Translations under genes and position numbers: made by a program
In this document: positions 11,308 through 20,804 of the stretch, in pieces
How the letters are laid out: each line of letters opens with the position of its first letter
Numbering within the stretch: the stretch's first letter is position 1
The notes under the pieces: model-generated
Databases searched by the model: none
Seen by the model: the letters and a program-made list of their open reading frames with translations, nothing else
Told to the model about the DNA's origin: nothing
Assembly: GCA_047638595.1 (NCBI GenBank)
Contig: JBLIMJ010000001.1
Coordinates: forward strand, 7,768-71,767
DNA from: Acidimicrobiales bacterium
GTDB taxonomy: Bacteria > Patescibacteriota > Minisyncoccia > Phycocordibacterales > UBA918
Length of the DNA: 64,000 nucleotides
Direction: 5' to 3'

Positions 11308-12510
11308 ATGGGTATTCACCGACGACACGCACTGCACCGTGTGCGACATGGAGGTATTAGCTTCTGGCTGATTTATGTACTCTCTATTATCTTCACGTTC
11401 CACAGTCTTTTGATTGCCTACAGTAGTTCAACGTATATGGAACAGTTTGCTTCACCTGCAATGATTGGGGCTCTGTACACCATAGGTTCTTCAATAGCAG
11501 TCCTTGCCTTTCTGTTTATATCTAGAATACTGCGCAAGATTGGAAATGTCCGTCTGACGATATACCTCGCGGTCGCAGAAATAGGAGCACTGGTTGCACT
11601 CGGCCTGAGCCCCTCGGGAGCAACTGCAATTATTGCATTTGTCATATTCCTAATACTTAATCCACTTCTGTACCTGAGTATTGATATATTTTCTGAAAGC
11701 TTGATTGGGAGCGATGAAAAGGACACGGGAAGCAAACGAGGACTTACGCTCACACTCATGAGTCTCGCAGCAGTTTTTGGTCCTATCGCACTGAGTTTGA
11801 TTGTCGGTGATGACGATAGCAACCTCTACAAGACGTACCTTGTTTCTGCAGGAATATTCAGTCTCTTTGTGTTGCTAGTTCTTTCGCGCTTTCGAACCTT
11901 TCATGATCCAAAATACAAAGAGGTCAAGGTACTGAGCGCAATACAATCATTTTGGGATAAAAAAGATATTCGCAACGTGTTTCTTTCTCACTTTACTCTA
12001 CAAATATTTTTTGCGTGGATGACAATCTACTTCCCTCTTTACTTGGCTACAGAACTTGGATTCACTTGGGACATAATCGGTTCAATATTTGCCGTAGGTC
12101 TACTTGCCTATGTCCTCATTGAGTATCCAGTGGGCGTTATTGCTGATAGATATATAGGGGAAAAAGAGATGATGGCGGTAGGATTCCTGATACTTGCAGT
12201 CACTTCATCGTGGATATCCTTTATGGCTGAAGCTCCAGTAGTTGCATGGATGATTCTGGTATTTATAAGCCGAGTAGGATGTTCGTTGGTTGAGGCGACT
12301 ACTGAAAGCTATTTCTTTAAACATACCAAAGGTACTGACGCGAACATTATGAGCTTCTTCCGTCTTACACGTCCACTTGCGATGATTGCGGGTGCACTCC
12401 TTGGAAGTGCGACGCTTCTCTACCTCCCTTTTGAACTTATCTTTATTGTATTAGGACTCGTTATGGTACCAGGAATTTTCTTTACCATTGCCTTAAATGA
12501 TACAAAATAG
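11308..12510 (+). CDS. MFS transporter
   Basis: About 12 hydrophobic helices, GVIADRYIGEK motif-A-like; ATG at 11308 is the likely start. Confidence 0.85.
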   Translation: MGIHRRHALHRVRHGGISFWLIYVLSIIFTFHSLLIAYSSSTYMEQFASPAMIGALYTIGSSIAVLAFLFISRILRKIGNVRLTIYLAVAEIGALVALGLSPSGATAIIAFVIFLILNPLLYLSIDIFSESLIGSDEKDTGSKRGLTLTLMSLAAVFGPIALSLIVGDDDSNLYKTYLVSAGIFSLFVLLVLSRFRTFHDPKYKEVKVLSAIQSFWDKKDIRNVFLSHFTLQIFFAWMTIYFPLYLATELGFTWDIIGSIFAVGLLAYVLIEYPVGVIADRYIGEKEMMAVGFLILAVTSSWISFMAEAPVVAWMILVFISRVGCSLVEATTESYFFKHTKGTDANIMSFFRLTRPLAMIAGALLGSATLLYLPFELIFIVLGLVMVPGIFFTIALNDTK

Positions 12511-12567
12511 TCACCATTAATTATTTTAGTTGAATAATTCTAATTTAGAGGTATAGTAATCTGCAAC

Positions 12568-12936
12568 ATGCCACTTCGCACAAATCAAATGAAAACAAAG
12601 TACACGGAAAACCAAGTTTTGTATGAGAATTTTCACGATACCAAAAATTTTGAAGAAGACAAAGAAAGAATCATTCATTCATACGAACACTGGGACATCA
12701 TTACCAATCTATTTCCCTATGACAAAATAGCTGAAGTGCATGACATGCTTGTACCTAAAAGAGTTTTTGGCAAAATGTCCGAGTGTAACAAAGAAGAATG
12801 GGCTGAGTATAAAATAATCATCAGTCAGTTTGAAGCTGATGCATACTATGATGCTATTTTAGAAAATTTCTCAAAAAATAAATCAGTTTCGCGCCATCTC
12901 CATATACACCTTATTATATTGAAAACACTTTCATAA
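12568..12936 (+). CDS. HIT-like protein, paralog 1
   Basis: NLFPYD...HDMLVPK...ENF..NKSVSRHLHIHL (HxHxH). Confidence 0.7.
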   Translation: MPLRTNQMKTKYTENQVLYENFHDTKNFEEDKERIIHSYEHWDIITNLFPYDKIAEVHDMLVPKRVFGKMSECNKEEWAEYKIIISQFEADAYYDAILENFSKNKSVSRHLHIHLIILKTLS

Positions 12937-13314
12937 ATGAAAACTCCACGTCATACGAAAACTGAACAAGAATATCAAGAATTTAAAAAGAATCTTAATG
13001 GTGACCCTGCGCTTTTAGAATCTTTCAATTTTGACAATGAAGTAGTACTTCGTGAGTTTGAATACTGGGTTATTATCAAAAATAGATTTCCCTACGATCG
13101 TATGGCTCGCACTAATGACATGCTCGTCTCTAAGCAGCCTCTCTTAAACCGTTATGATGCTACTGGTGATGAACAAGCGGAATATGAGACGATTATAAAA
13201 CTCTTAGCAGAAGAAAATTTCTATGACGCACACATGGAAAATTTCCCCAAAACACGCTCCGTAAAAAAATATGTGCATGTGCACCTCATCCAATGGCACA
13301 ACACAGCTTTATAA
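12937..13314 (+). CDS. HIT-like protein, paralog 2
   Basis: NRFPYD...NDMLVSK...ENFPKTRSVKKYVHVHL; clearly homologous to the previous ORF. Confidence 0.65.
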   Translation: MKTPRHTKTEQEYQEFKKNLNGDPALLESFNFDNEVVLREFEYWVIIKNRFPYDRMARTNDMLVSKQPLLNRYDATGDEQAEYETIIKLLAEENFYDAHMENFPKTRSVKKYVHVHLIQWHNTAL

Positions 13315-13481
13315 ACATATTTTTGGCACAGTATTTAGTTGCCAATGTCTAATATCTCACTTCTTACAGAAGTTGTTCAGGTTGGCACTATTTCTCATCC
13401 TTCAAATAGCAGGCAACCTCTTGCAAAGCGCCCCAAGCTTTCTCACTGCACTCAAAACTAAACCATGAGGACATAACAAAA

Positions 13482-14303
13482 TTATGTGGGTAGGTGGTAG
13501 CTTCGTTTTGTTTTTACAACCATACCCTCTTGTAGTAACTTCTCTAATTGTATATCAACGCGTATGTCTTCAAATTGATTCAGGCTCTTTAATAATAAAG
13601 CTCTATTGTAAGGACACCCGCCTTTGGCGAGCGTCTTTACAATAGCACCTCGTATTTGTCTATCACTGCCCTGGAACTTTGATTGTTTAGTGTAGTGTTT
13701 ACTCTGGCTATTTGGATTACCATTTGTCTTTTTAAGGTGCGCTCCATAGTCCATCAGCGCCCAGTACCACTCTCGGGGATTCTGGGAATCTAAAGTGGGT
13801 TCGATATATCGTACTAACTGAGCATCAGTTACGTCAGTTTTATCGTTAAAGAAATGATGTATGAAGACGCTACGAATATTTGTTTCGATAATTGGTACAG
13901 GTGTATTGTATGCAAAGGCCATAACCGCACCTGCTGTATACGGACCGACTCCAGATAACTTTTGTAATTCAATAAATGTATCAGGAAATTTTCCATTACC
14001 GCTCGCCACTACCGCTTTAGCGCAATTGTGTAACATTTTTGCACGCCTGTTGTATCCGAGTCCCTGCCACTGTGTCAAAACATCTCCAAGGCTAGAATCT
14101 GCTAACTTCTGCGCTGTCGGAAATTCTTTTAGAAATGCGCTGTACTTTGGCAGTACCCTTTCAACCTGCGTTTGCTGAAGCATTATTTCAGAAATAAGTA
14201 TCTTATACGGATTCTTTGTTTTACGCCATGGAAGGCTTCGTCTTCCATGGCTCTCATAAAAATCCCATACTGTTTTCACAAACTCCCTCTCTTCCTTATT
14301 CAT
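13482..14303 (-). CDS. mutY: A/G-specific adenine glycosylase MutY-like (HhH-GPD), short form without Fe-S cysteines
   Basis: LPWR, ISEIMLQQTQVERV, WQGLGYNRRA, LSGVGPYTA, ALMDYGA. Confidence 0.88.
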   Translation of the reverse strand: MNKEEREFVKTVWDFYESHGRRSLPWRKTKNPYKILISEIMLQQTQVERVLPKYSAFLKEFPTAQKLADSSLGDVLTQWQGLGYNRRAKMLHNCAKAVVASGNGKFPDTFIELQKLSGVGPYTAGAVMAFAYNTPVPIIETNIRSVFIHHFFNDKTDVTDAQLVRYIEPTLDSQNPREWYWALMDYGAHLKKTNGNPNSQSKHYTKQSKFQGSDRQIRGAIVKTLAKGGCPYNRALLLKSLNQFEDIRVDIQLEKLLQEGMVVKTKRSYHLPT

Positions 14304-14350
14304 GCTGCTATTAAAACATACATTACCTTTAGAAACATACTAGTCAAAAA

Positions 14351-14376
14351 CAAAAGCCTGGAAATTCCAGGCTTTG
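14351..14376 (-). terminator. Hairpin terminator
   Basis: caaaagcctgg aaatt ccaggctttg, downstream of the small ORF at 14386-14541. Confidence 0.55.
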
Positions 14377-14385
14377 CATCAGAAG

Positions 14386-14541
14386 TTATCTTTGTTGTTC
14401 AATTTGAACTTTTGAAACTATTGCTGCTGCTTCGACAGCTTCGAATGCAGCTGTCGCTGCGCGTTCAAATGCTCCAAATGAAGATGACATCATTTGAGTA
14501 ATTGCGTATAAAACAATCACTGTACCTATTGCTCTAAACAT
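14386..14541 (-). CDS. Small hypothetical protein (51 aa)
   Basis: Manual: MFRAIGTVIVLYAITQMMSSSFGAFERAATAAFEAVEAAAIVSKVQIEQQR*; followed by a hairpin. Confidence 0.6.
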   Translation of the reverse strand: MFRAIGTVIVLYAITQMMSSSFGAFERAATAAFEAVEAAAIVSKVQIEQQR

Positions 14542-14673
14542 AATTAAATAAATTATATTCCCACGAAACCCTCAATTCGATATTGAGAGCAAAACTAAAT
14601 GTTTTTGGGAGTAATAGGTTTTGAAAGACTAATCTACTTAAATAGTACTACTAAATTCTAATTTGTCTAGTCT

Positions 14674-15429
14674 TTAATAATAATTCAGTAAACTACCAAT
14701 TCCTATAAATTCCAAGAACTGATATCCATACAACACCGTCAGGCCAAAGTTGTTAAACAAAAGTAAAAAACCAATACCTATCAATAACAGACCTCCTACA
14801 ATACTGACCAAGCGCGATACCTTTGAGTATTTTTCTATTAGATTTCCCGCACGTGCATACACCACAGCGGTGGCAATAAACGGCACCGCCAATCCAGCTG
14901 AAAATAAAGCGAGTAAAAACGCTCCACTGAGTACCGTAGCCTTAGTAGTTGCAATCAAGAGCACTGAAGCCAAAACTGGCCCTACACAAGGGGTCCACCC
15001 CAGTGCAAAGATACCTCCTATAAGGAAAGCACTACTTGATTCACCTGGTGTCACAAACTTTGGAAGTGTAAATTTATGCTCACGCATGAGTGGTGCAATA
15101 TGGATAATATCAAGCATCATCAGTCCAAACATAATAATGAACACACCCCCAACTTGTGAAAGCACTATACGATATTGACCAACAAAAGATCCAAAAAAGC
15201 CAGCGAGGATTCCAAACAATATAAAAACTGCTGAAAAACCAAGTGTGAAAGCAATTGCATTTTTTCGAATTTTTTTCCTCGCTTCTTTACTCCTCTTCGC
15301 ATCCTTTTCTTTCACTCCACTAATGAATGCCAAGTATGCAGGAACGAGTGGTAAGGTACAAGGAGCGAGGAACATGAGTAGACCTGCAACAAAAGCTGAC
15401 ACCGCAAATGCAAAATTAAGATCAAGCAT
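14674..15429 (-). CDS. ccdA: Cytochrome c biogenesis CcdA / DsbD transmembrane domain protein
   Basis: FLAPCTLPLVPAY and GWTPCVGPVL motifs. Confidence 0.92.
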   Translation of the reverse strand: MLDLNFAFAVSAFVAGLLMFLAPCTLPLVPAYLAFISGVKEKDAKRSKEARKKIRKNAIAFTLGFSAVFILFGILAGFFGSFVGQYRIVLSQVGGVFIIMFGLMMLDIIHIAPLMREHKFTLPKFVTPGESSSAFLIGGIFALGWTPCVGPVLASVLLIATTKATVLSGAFLLALFSAGLAVPFIATAVVYARAGNLIEKYSKVSRLVSIVGGLLLIGIGFLLLFNNFGLTVLYGYQFLEFIGIGSLLNYY

Positions 15430-15431
15430 AT

Positions 15432-15986
15432 TTATTTATCAAGAGCAGTTATCGCTTGATTTGTGAGAGTCCTCATCTCTTCAATATCCATAAACCCACG
15501 TTTATGGATAACTATATTTCCTTCTCTATCATAGAACACCGTTTCAGGCATCGAGAATCCTCCTATTGAAGTATAGTAGGCATCAGAGAGATCTATCGCA
15601 AAATCAATGTAGGTAAACTCCCCAAGGGAGGAAAGGAAATGTTTTGCGCGTTCCCTTGGCTCTTTTCTGTTAATTGCTATAACTGCCACATTTTGCTCGC
15701 TGAATTCCTGCGCAAGCTGTTCAAAATCAGCAAGCTCATTAGTACAAAATGGGCACCAGCTCGCCCATGCATTGACTACACGCACCTGACCTCTATAATC
15801 GTCAAAGGAAAAAGGATTCCCTTCAAGATCAGTATAGGGGGCTTCCTCAGAAACAGTGAGTGTTCGTGACGCCTCAGAGTCCTTTTCCGCAACACGTGCT
15901 GTGTGCTGTATGGAATAGGTATACAAGCCAGCAAGGAAAAATATTGCTATGACAACCGCGAAGGTAATAATGGTACCTTTGTTCAT
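15432..15986 (-). CDS. TlpA/ResA-like membrane-anchored thioredoxin
   Basis: VVNAWASWCPFC, MPETVFYDREG; N-terminal TM; start likely at MNKG. Confidence 0.9.
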   Translation of the reverse strand: MNKGTIITFAVVIAIFFLAGLYTYSIQHTARVAEKDSEASRTLTVSEEAPYTDLEGNPFSFDDYRGQVRVVNAWASWCPFCTNELADFEQLAQEFSEQNVAVIAINRKEPRERAKHFLSSLGEFTYIDFAIDLSDAYYTSIGGFSMPETVFYDREGNIVIHKRGFMDIEEMRTLTNQAITALDK

Positions 15987-15990
15987 AAGA

Positions 15991-16686
15991 CTAGTTACTT
16001 CCAATTATTTGAGCCCAATTAGCATAAGGTAACGCACCAGAAGCTACTTTAGTAGTACCGTCTGCAAACTCAACGACATTAAATGGTGTTCCACTTCCCC
16101 CGAGAGAAATTGCCACAGCTAAATCCTTATCAACACGCTGAGCTACTTCATCTGAAACAAGGCAACTTTGGTATGCTTCTGTATCAATACCTAACTGTGA
16201 AGCCTCAGCCTCAAGAAAATCTGGTGTGAGAGAGCGTTGGTTTGCAAAAATAACATCCAAATAACTCCAAAAGGCGTCATTTCCAGCTAAGTCACCTACA
16301 CACTCTGATGCTATAGCGGCTGGCCGAGCACCTGCATGACTTGTCAGTGGTAAGTGTCGATATTCCCAGTTAACTGAACCTTCGGATTCATCCACCACTT
16401 GTTTGAGAGTTGGGTGTAATCGTGCACAAAACGAGCACTCCAAGTCAGAAAATTCAACTATAGTGGTTTCAGCTTCAAGGTTGCCATAGATACGACGCAA
16501 TGGACTTTCTTCTCGTTTAGGACTGCCCGCTCCAGTAACAGCAACTTGTTCGCCACCAGCTCCTACATACAATGTTGGTGATGTTGGTGAAGTTGGTGTG
16601 TTGGAAAAATAGATTGCTGCTGCTATAAGTGCAAAGCCTAAAAGAATTGAAGCTGCTAATGATGTGGTTTGATTTGTATTATTCAT
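15991..16686 (-). CDS. DsbA family protein
   Basis: EFSDLECSFC, YRHLPL, SGTPF; N-terminal anchor. Confidence 0.9.
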   Translation of the reverse strand: MNNTNQTTSLAASILLGFALIAAAIYFSNTPTSPTSPTLYVGAGGEQVAVTGAGSPKREESPLRRIYGNLEAETTIVEFSDLECSFCARLHPTLKQVVDESEGSVNWEYRHLPLTSHAGARPAAIASECVGDLAGNDAFWSYLDVIFANQRSLTPDFLEAEASQLGIDTEAYQSCLVSDEVAQRVDKDLAVAISLGGSGTPFNVVEFADGTTKVASGALPYANWAQIIGSN

Positions 16687-16706
16687 AGTATTTATTTTTT
16701 AGTAAT

Positions 16707-17747
16707 TTATCGATTCCAAAGTAATGTCTCAGGGTGTGCCGCAACCCAAGAGAACCAAAATCCTTCTACGTCATTTATTATTACTCCAGCAACAGTAGTA
16801 AACGCTACTTCCCCATCGTTGTTTGTAATAATAATTTCATCATTGTTAATCATATCGCGAATTGTTCCTTCATGGAGAAGGTGACGTGGATATGCCTTAA
16901 AGGCACCGTCAACTTCTATGCCATATACATAGGTATCAGGAGTAAGTGGGGACGTCTCTGCATCGAAGTCAGGAGCAAAGCGTTGCGCAACTTCATAATA
17001 CGCACCACTGTAAGGGTCTCTTTGACTACCAGTATCAAGGACGGAACCCTTGGGGTGTCGTTCTGCCCAAGTACTAAACTGCATGATGTCCGAAGCAATT
17101 ATAGTTAATTGTGCACCTGTATCATCACCCACCACTGCCTCACCAAGCACTTGAGACCATAGATTCCTATCAGCAATATTGTCTGAGCGGTTGTACATAA
17201 GTAGATTCGACTGCCAAAGCATGCCCGATACTCCAAACTCATATACTAATCCATTTATTGTTCTATCAAACACAATACCAGTACCACACAATGGACAATA
17301 GGTTATCAACAAGGCGTCTCCTGCAACTACATCATTAACAATCTCTTTGGTCACCAACATACTAAACGGATAAAACCTATGCTCTCCTTTGTAGGACAGT
17401 GCTATACCAATCTGTTTATTATCAATTTTTGTAAGTGCTATATCTAATGAGATAAATTGAGGTGAATCAACTGATGGAATACAATCTTGTCGTGAGCACC
17501 CCTGACGAATCTCTGCCAGAGGAATTGAGTGTTTTACCTTCTGATTTGGAACAATGTCTTCAATGGGGAGTGTAGCAGATGGAGTTATAGATAAAACCCT
17601 GTCTGACGTAACCGACATCCGTTGTGACATTTTTTGTGGTTCAGGCGAATCATTTTGCTCAGTATTAAAATATTTTACACTAAACTGAATAGTAACAATT
17701 ACAATTACAAGAACAAATGCTATCTGTGCGTATTTTGGTACTTCCAT
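16707..17747 (-). CDS. DUF3179 domain protein
   Basis: DCIPSVDSP, EIVND, TYCPLCGTG, FGVSGML.QSNLLMY, FWFSWVAAHPET. Confidence 0.88.
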   Translation of the reverse strand: MEVPKYAQIAFVLVIVIVTIQFSVKYFNTEQNDSPEPQKMSQRMSVTSDRVLSITPSATLPIEDIVPNQKVKHSIPLAEIRQGCSRQDCIPSVDSPQFISLDIALTKIDNKQIGIALSYKGEHRFYPFSMLVTKEIVNDVVAGDALLITYCPLCGTGIVFDRTINGLVYEFGVSGMLWQSNLLMYNRSDNIADRNLWSQVLGEAVVGDDTGAQLTIIASDIMQFSTWAERHPKGSVLDTGSQRDPYSGAYYEVAQRFAPDFDAETSPLTPDTYVYGIEVDGAFKAYPRHLLHEGTIRDMINNDEIIITNNDGEVAFTTVAGVIINDVEGFWFSWVAAHPETLLWNR

Positions 17748-17928
17748 ATTTAAAATGTATAGTTAGTCTACACCATATAGATACGTTTTGAATCAAAGTT
17801 TATTTCAAAAAACAGCTGCATACTCAAAGTGTAGTACATTTTGGTGTGTTTAGCTGTTTTGTCCCAAAATGGGCAAAGGAGGAGGTATAGGCTAAGAAAA
17901 ATAGTGTGATACCCTCCTATTCCTTTGT

Positions 17929-18099
17929 CTAGAAGGTGTCAAAAATTACTTCTTCCTGGATTTCAGCTTTTTTAAGTAGAGCAAAAGTAAACATACCTCC
18001 AACGATGAGGACAAATAATACACTGGCAATAATTATTGCCTTCCTATCCACCTTATGTGGGGACACCTGTTTCTGACCATTATTTTCAAATTGATCCAT
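17929..18099 (-). CDS. Small single-TM protein (56 aa)
   Basis: Manual: MDQFENNGQKQVSPHKVDRKAIIIASVLFVLIVGGMFTFALLKKAEIQEEVIFDTF*. Confidence 0.55.
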   Translation of the reverse strand: MDQFENNGQKQVSPHKVDRKAIIIASVLFVLIVGGMFTFALLKKAEIQEEVIFDTF

Positions 18100-18165
18100 A
18101 GTTACTATAAGTTATAGAATAAATATTCTACACTAATAATGTATTGAGTATACATCAAAATATCA

Positions 18166-19794
18166 CTACTGACTTTCAGTATGATCGTTACCGATAAATA
18201 CAGAAATATTTGCTAGACTCGTTGTAAGGTCATCAGGACGAGCAGACAACAACGCTCCATCAAGCAACTTACTCAATACACGGGCATCTTCTTGTATAGC
18301 AATGTCATACACTATTACAGTGTGTTTCTTAGACTCTTCAAAGTCAGACTTCAGCGCCTCTATTGCATACCCTTGAGACTCAAGTTCTGTTTGCATAGCT
18401 GCGGCAACGCCCGGGGTATCACTTGAATTGATGAGTATCAATTCAAAATCTTGGGAAACCACCTCAGCAGCAGGAATAGACACTTCTTCTACTTGCGGTG
18501 TACTTGCACTATTTTTTTCATAAATAATCTCTTCCGATGATAGAGTTACCGACGTGTCGGGATTTTCAATAGTAACCTCATAATCGCGCTGTAAAGTAGT
18601 TACCTCAATAAGGAAATACCATACTGCTAAAGAGGCTACTATTAGTAAGAGCGCACTTACAAAGAATTTTTTATAGGTGAGTACAAAACTGAAAAGCGTC
18701 TTTACGGTATCGAGAAAAGCATGCGTTTTTGAAAGGCGTGATTGCAAATCTTTTACCCCACCCAGTAGCGGGGCTCGTACCGACGGACGACTCTCAATAA
18801 CCACATCTCCTTGCATGGCAAAGCGTTGTGACCGAGGCACGTACTCTTGCACTCCAGACATAGAAAGCATTTTTCGTACATATGTGCGGATACTCCAAGT
18901 GAGGAGGAAAATAATTGCCGCTAAACTACCAAGGACCATCAACACCGCTTTGACTGGTATGACCCAAAAATAGGTTGGCTGTGTCACAAAATTACGAACA
19001 TCTTGTCCATATGCCAGCGTCAGCACTGCTGTATAGCGACCGATGTCAGTAAATGACTGCTCTCCTTTCCAGGTAAAATTGAACTGACGAATACTCTCGG
19101 GTAATACATTGCCAAAATGAGTTTGGTGGTTAATCGGTACAATACCACGCTCCTTCCCCCACATGTTGGTAATAACAATTTCTCCTTGTGGCTGTAGATG
19201 TACATTCCCTTTATTTTCAAACCGTACTTCAAAATCAACTTCAGGGACATCAAAAAATGTTTTCTCTGTCCTAAAGGTGCGAACATTTCCTTTTTCTATA
19301 ATATCTCCCGCAACACGAACAAAAAACAATGAGGTGACAATCTGAGCAGTCTTTACTTGAAATGGATTGTCAGAATTAAGTGGACGGGTCCCAATCATAA
19401 TCGCAGCATAATGTCCTCCAGGAGATGCATCTTCAGGTACATTAATCGTTAACGGTACCGCAACACTACTTTCGCGAGGTATAACGTAAGGTTCTTCAGA
19501 AACAGTGATCCATTCGGCAAGTGTCTTTCCTTCTGTAAAGTCTTCAAAGACAGGTAAGAACTTTCCTTGTCCAGTTTCTCCTTGTGGGGCAAAATTTACA
19601 ACATTAGCATAGACAGTAATATCTTGCGGATTGTTGTTTATTACCTTTACTGAACTATTCCATGCCTGCAACGGAACCGCTGACATCTCAAAAAGTGTTG
19701 GGGACACACTTAATGACAATCCGGCAGCAAACAAACTCTGTGGCAGTAACAGAGTTCCAAGTATCAATACTGTAAATATTTTATGCTTCATCAT
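18166..19794 (-). CDS. DUF916-like chaperone-type protein with TMs and C-terminal LytR_C domain
   Basis: Signal peptide; LSVSPTLFE, AEWI, VPEDASPGGHYAAI, FENKGNVHLQPQGEI; TM helices; C-terminal INSSDTPGVAA...TVIVY...VFIGND. Confidence 0.75.
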   Translation of the reverse strand: MMKHKIFTVLILGTLLLPQSLFAAGLSLSVSPTLFEMSAVPLQAWNSSVKVINNNPQDITVYANVVNFAPQGETGQGKFLPVFEDFTEGKTLAEWITVSEEPYVIPRESSVAVPLTINVPEDASPGGHYAAIMIGTRPLNSDNPFQVKTAQIVTSLFFVRVAGDIIEKGNVRTFRTEKTFFDVPEVDFEVRFENKGNVHLQPQGEIVITNMWGKERGIVPINHQTHFGNVLPESIRQFNFTWKGEQSFTDIGRYTAVLTLAYGQDVRNFVTQPTYFWVIPVKAVLMVLGSLAAIIFLLTWSIRTYVRKMLSMSGVQEYVPRSQRFAMQGDVVIESRPSVRAPLLGGVKDLQSRLSKTHAFLDTVKTLFSFVLTYKKFFVSALLLIVASLAVWYFLIEVTTLQRDYEVTIENPDTSVTLSSEEIIYEKNSASTPQVEEVSIPAAEVVSQDFELILINSSDTPGVAAAMQTELESQGYAIEALKSDFEESKKHTVIVYDIAIQEDARVLSKLLDGALLSARPDDLTTSLANISVFIGNDHTESQ

Positions 19795-20803
19795 TTTTAC
19801 TCAAATCTAAATCATGGTCCTGATTATCAGACGTCCCCTCTCGTACATACATTGCGACATTTTCAGAGCCATCTCCCACATCTCCCCCACCGTCATATCG
19901 TCGATGCGCATACAAAGCAATAAGAATCGTCAGTACGAGAATTATAAAGAAAATTATAATAAGCTGTTTCAAAGGCATAATGTAGAAAAAGGCTGTGTCG
20001 TGTACAGAAGCAGTTAAATGTTCTCCATACTCAACCGAGAGAAATGCTTTATATTTACCCAATGTCAAAGCATCAGGTACATCCATAGAAAATGATGCTT
20101 CACCATCTGCAGGTACCTTACTTTGCTGAACATTTACTGGAAGCGAGTCAACCTCAACACCCTTATTATTATAGAAGATAACCTCGCCTGAGGGGATGAT
20201 GTCGACTCCACCTGGATTAGTAAGTGTGAACAACATGGTTTCTCCATCAGTTGCAGTTACAAATCTATCTACATCAAACTTTTCTAGTCGAAGAAATTGA
20301 TCTTGTGTTTGATCTACTGAGATATGAACAATAGTCCCCGGGGCCAAACCCTGAGCAACTTTTGATGCTGCATTGGGTCTATTTGAACCTTCTGCAAAAC
20401 CTATAAAAACGTTGTAGTCACCCGGTTCAGTCAATGGATTCATACGAATAGTGAACGGTACCTCACGCACTTCACCTGGTTTCAATTCCATGCGCTGACG
20501 TGATATCTCTATCCACGTAGTTGCTGTAGTGCCCTTGTCAGCAACCACTTTTTGTTCAAAACTCTCAACCACACCTCCTTCCATCGCTACATTATTTACC
20601 GACGCATACACACGCACCATTCGTTCCGAGGTGTTGGTGAGCGTTATATATTCCGTAATTATATCTCTCTTCTCAAGATTGAAGTTCAACACCAAAGGGG
20701 TCACAAGGTGATTAGCAGCAAAAACACTTGTGGTTGTCCCTACAAAACAGACAACAGCGATTACGGCGACGGAAAATAAATGTAAATTTGAAATTTTTAT
20801 CAT
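19781..20803 (-). CDS. DUF916-like chaperone-type membrane-anchored protein
   Basis: Signal peptide; VTPLVL, TWIEI, PGEVREVPFTI, EPGDY, TNPGGVDIIPSGEV, GKYKA; C-terminal TM. Confidence 0.7.
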   Translation of the reverse strand: MIKISNLHLFSVAVIAVVCFVGTTTSVFAANHLVTPLVLNFNLEKRDIITEYITLTNTSERMVRVYASVNNVAMEGGVVESFEQKVVADKGTTATTWIEISRQRMELKPGEVREVPFTIRMNPLTEPGDYNVFIGFAEGSNRPNAASKVAQGLAPGTIVHISVDQTQDQFLRLEKFDVDRFVTATDGETMLFTLTNPGGVDIIPSGEVIFYNNKGVEVDSLPVNVQQSKVPADGEASFSMDVPDALTLGKYKAFLSVEYGEHLTASVHDTAFFYIMPLKQLIIIFFIILVLTILIALYAHRRYDGGGDVGDGSENVAMYVREGTSDNQDHDLDLSKNDEA

Positions 20804-20804
20804 A

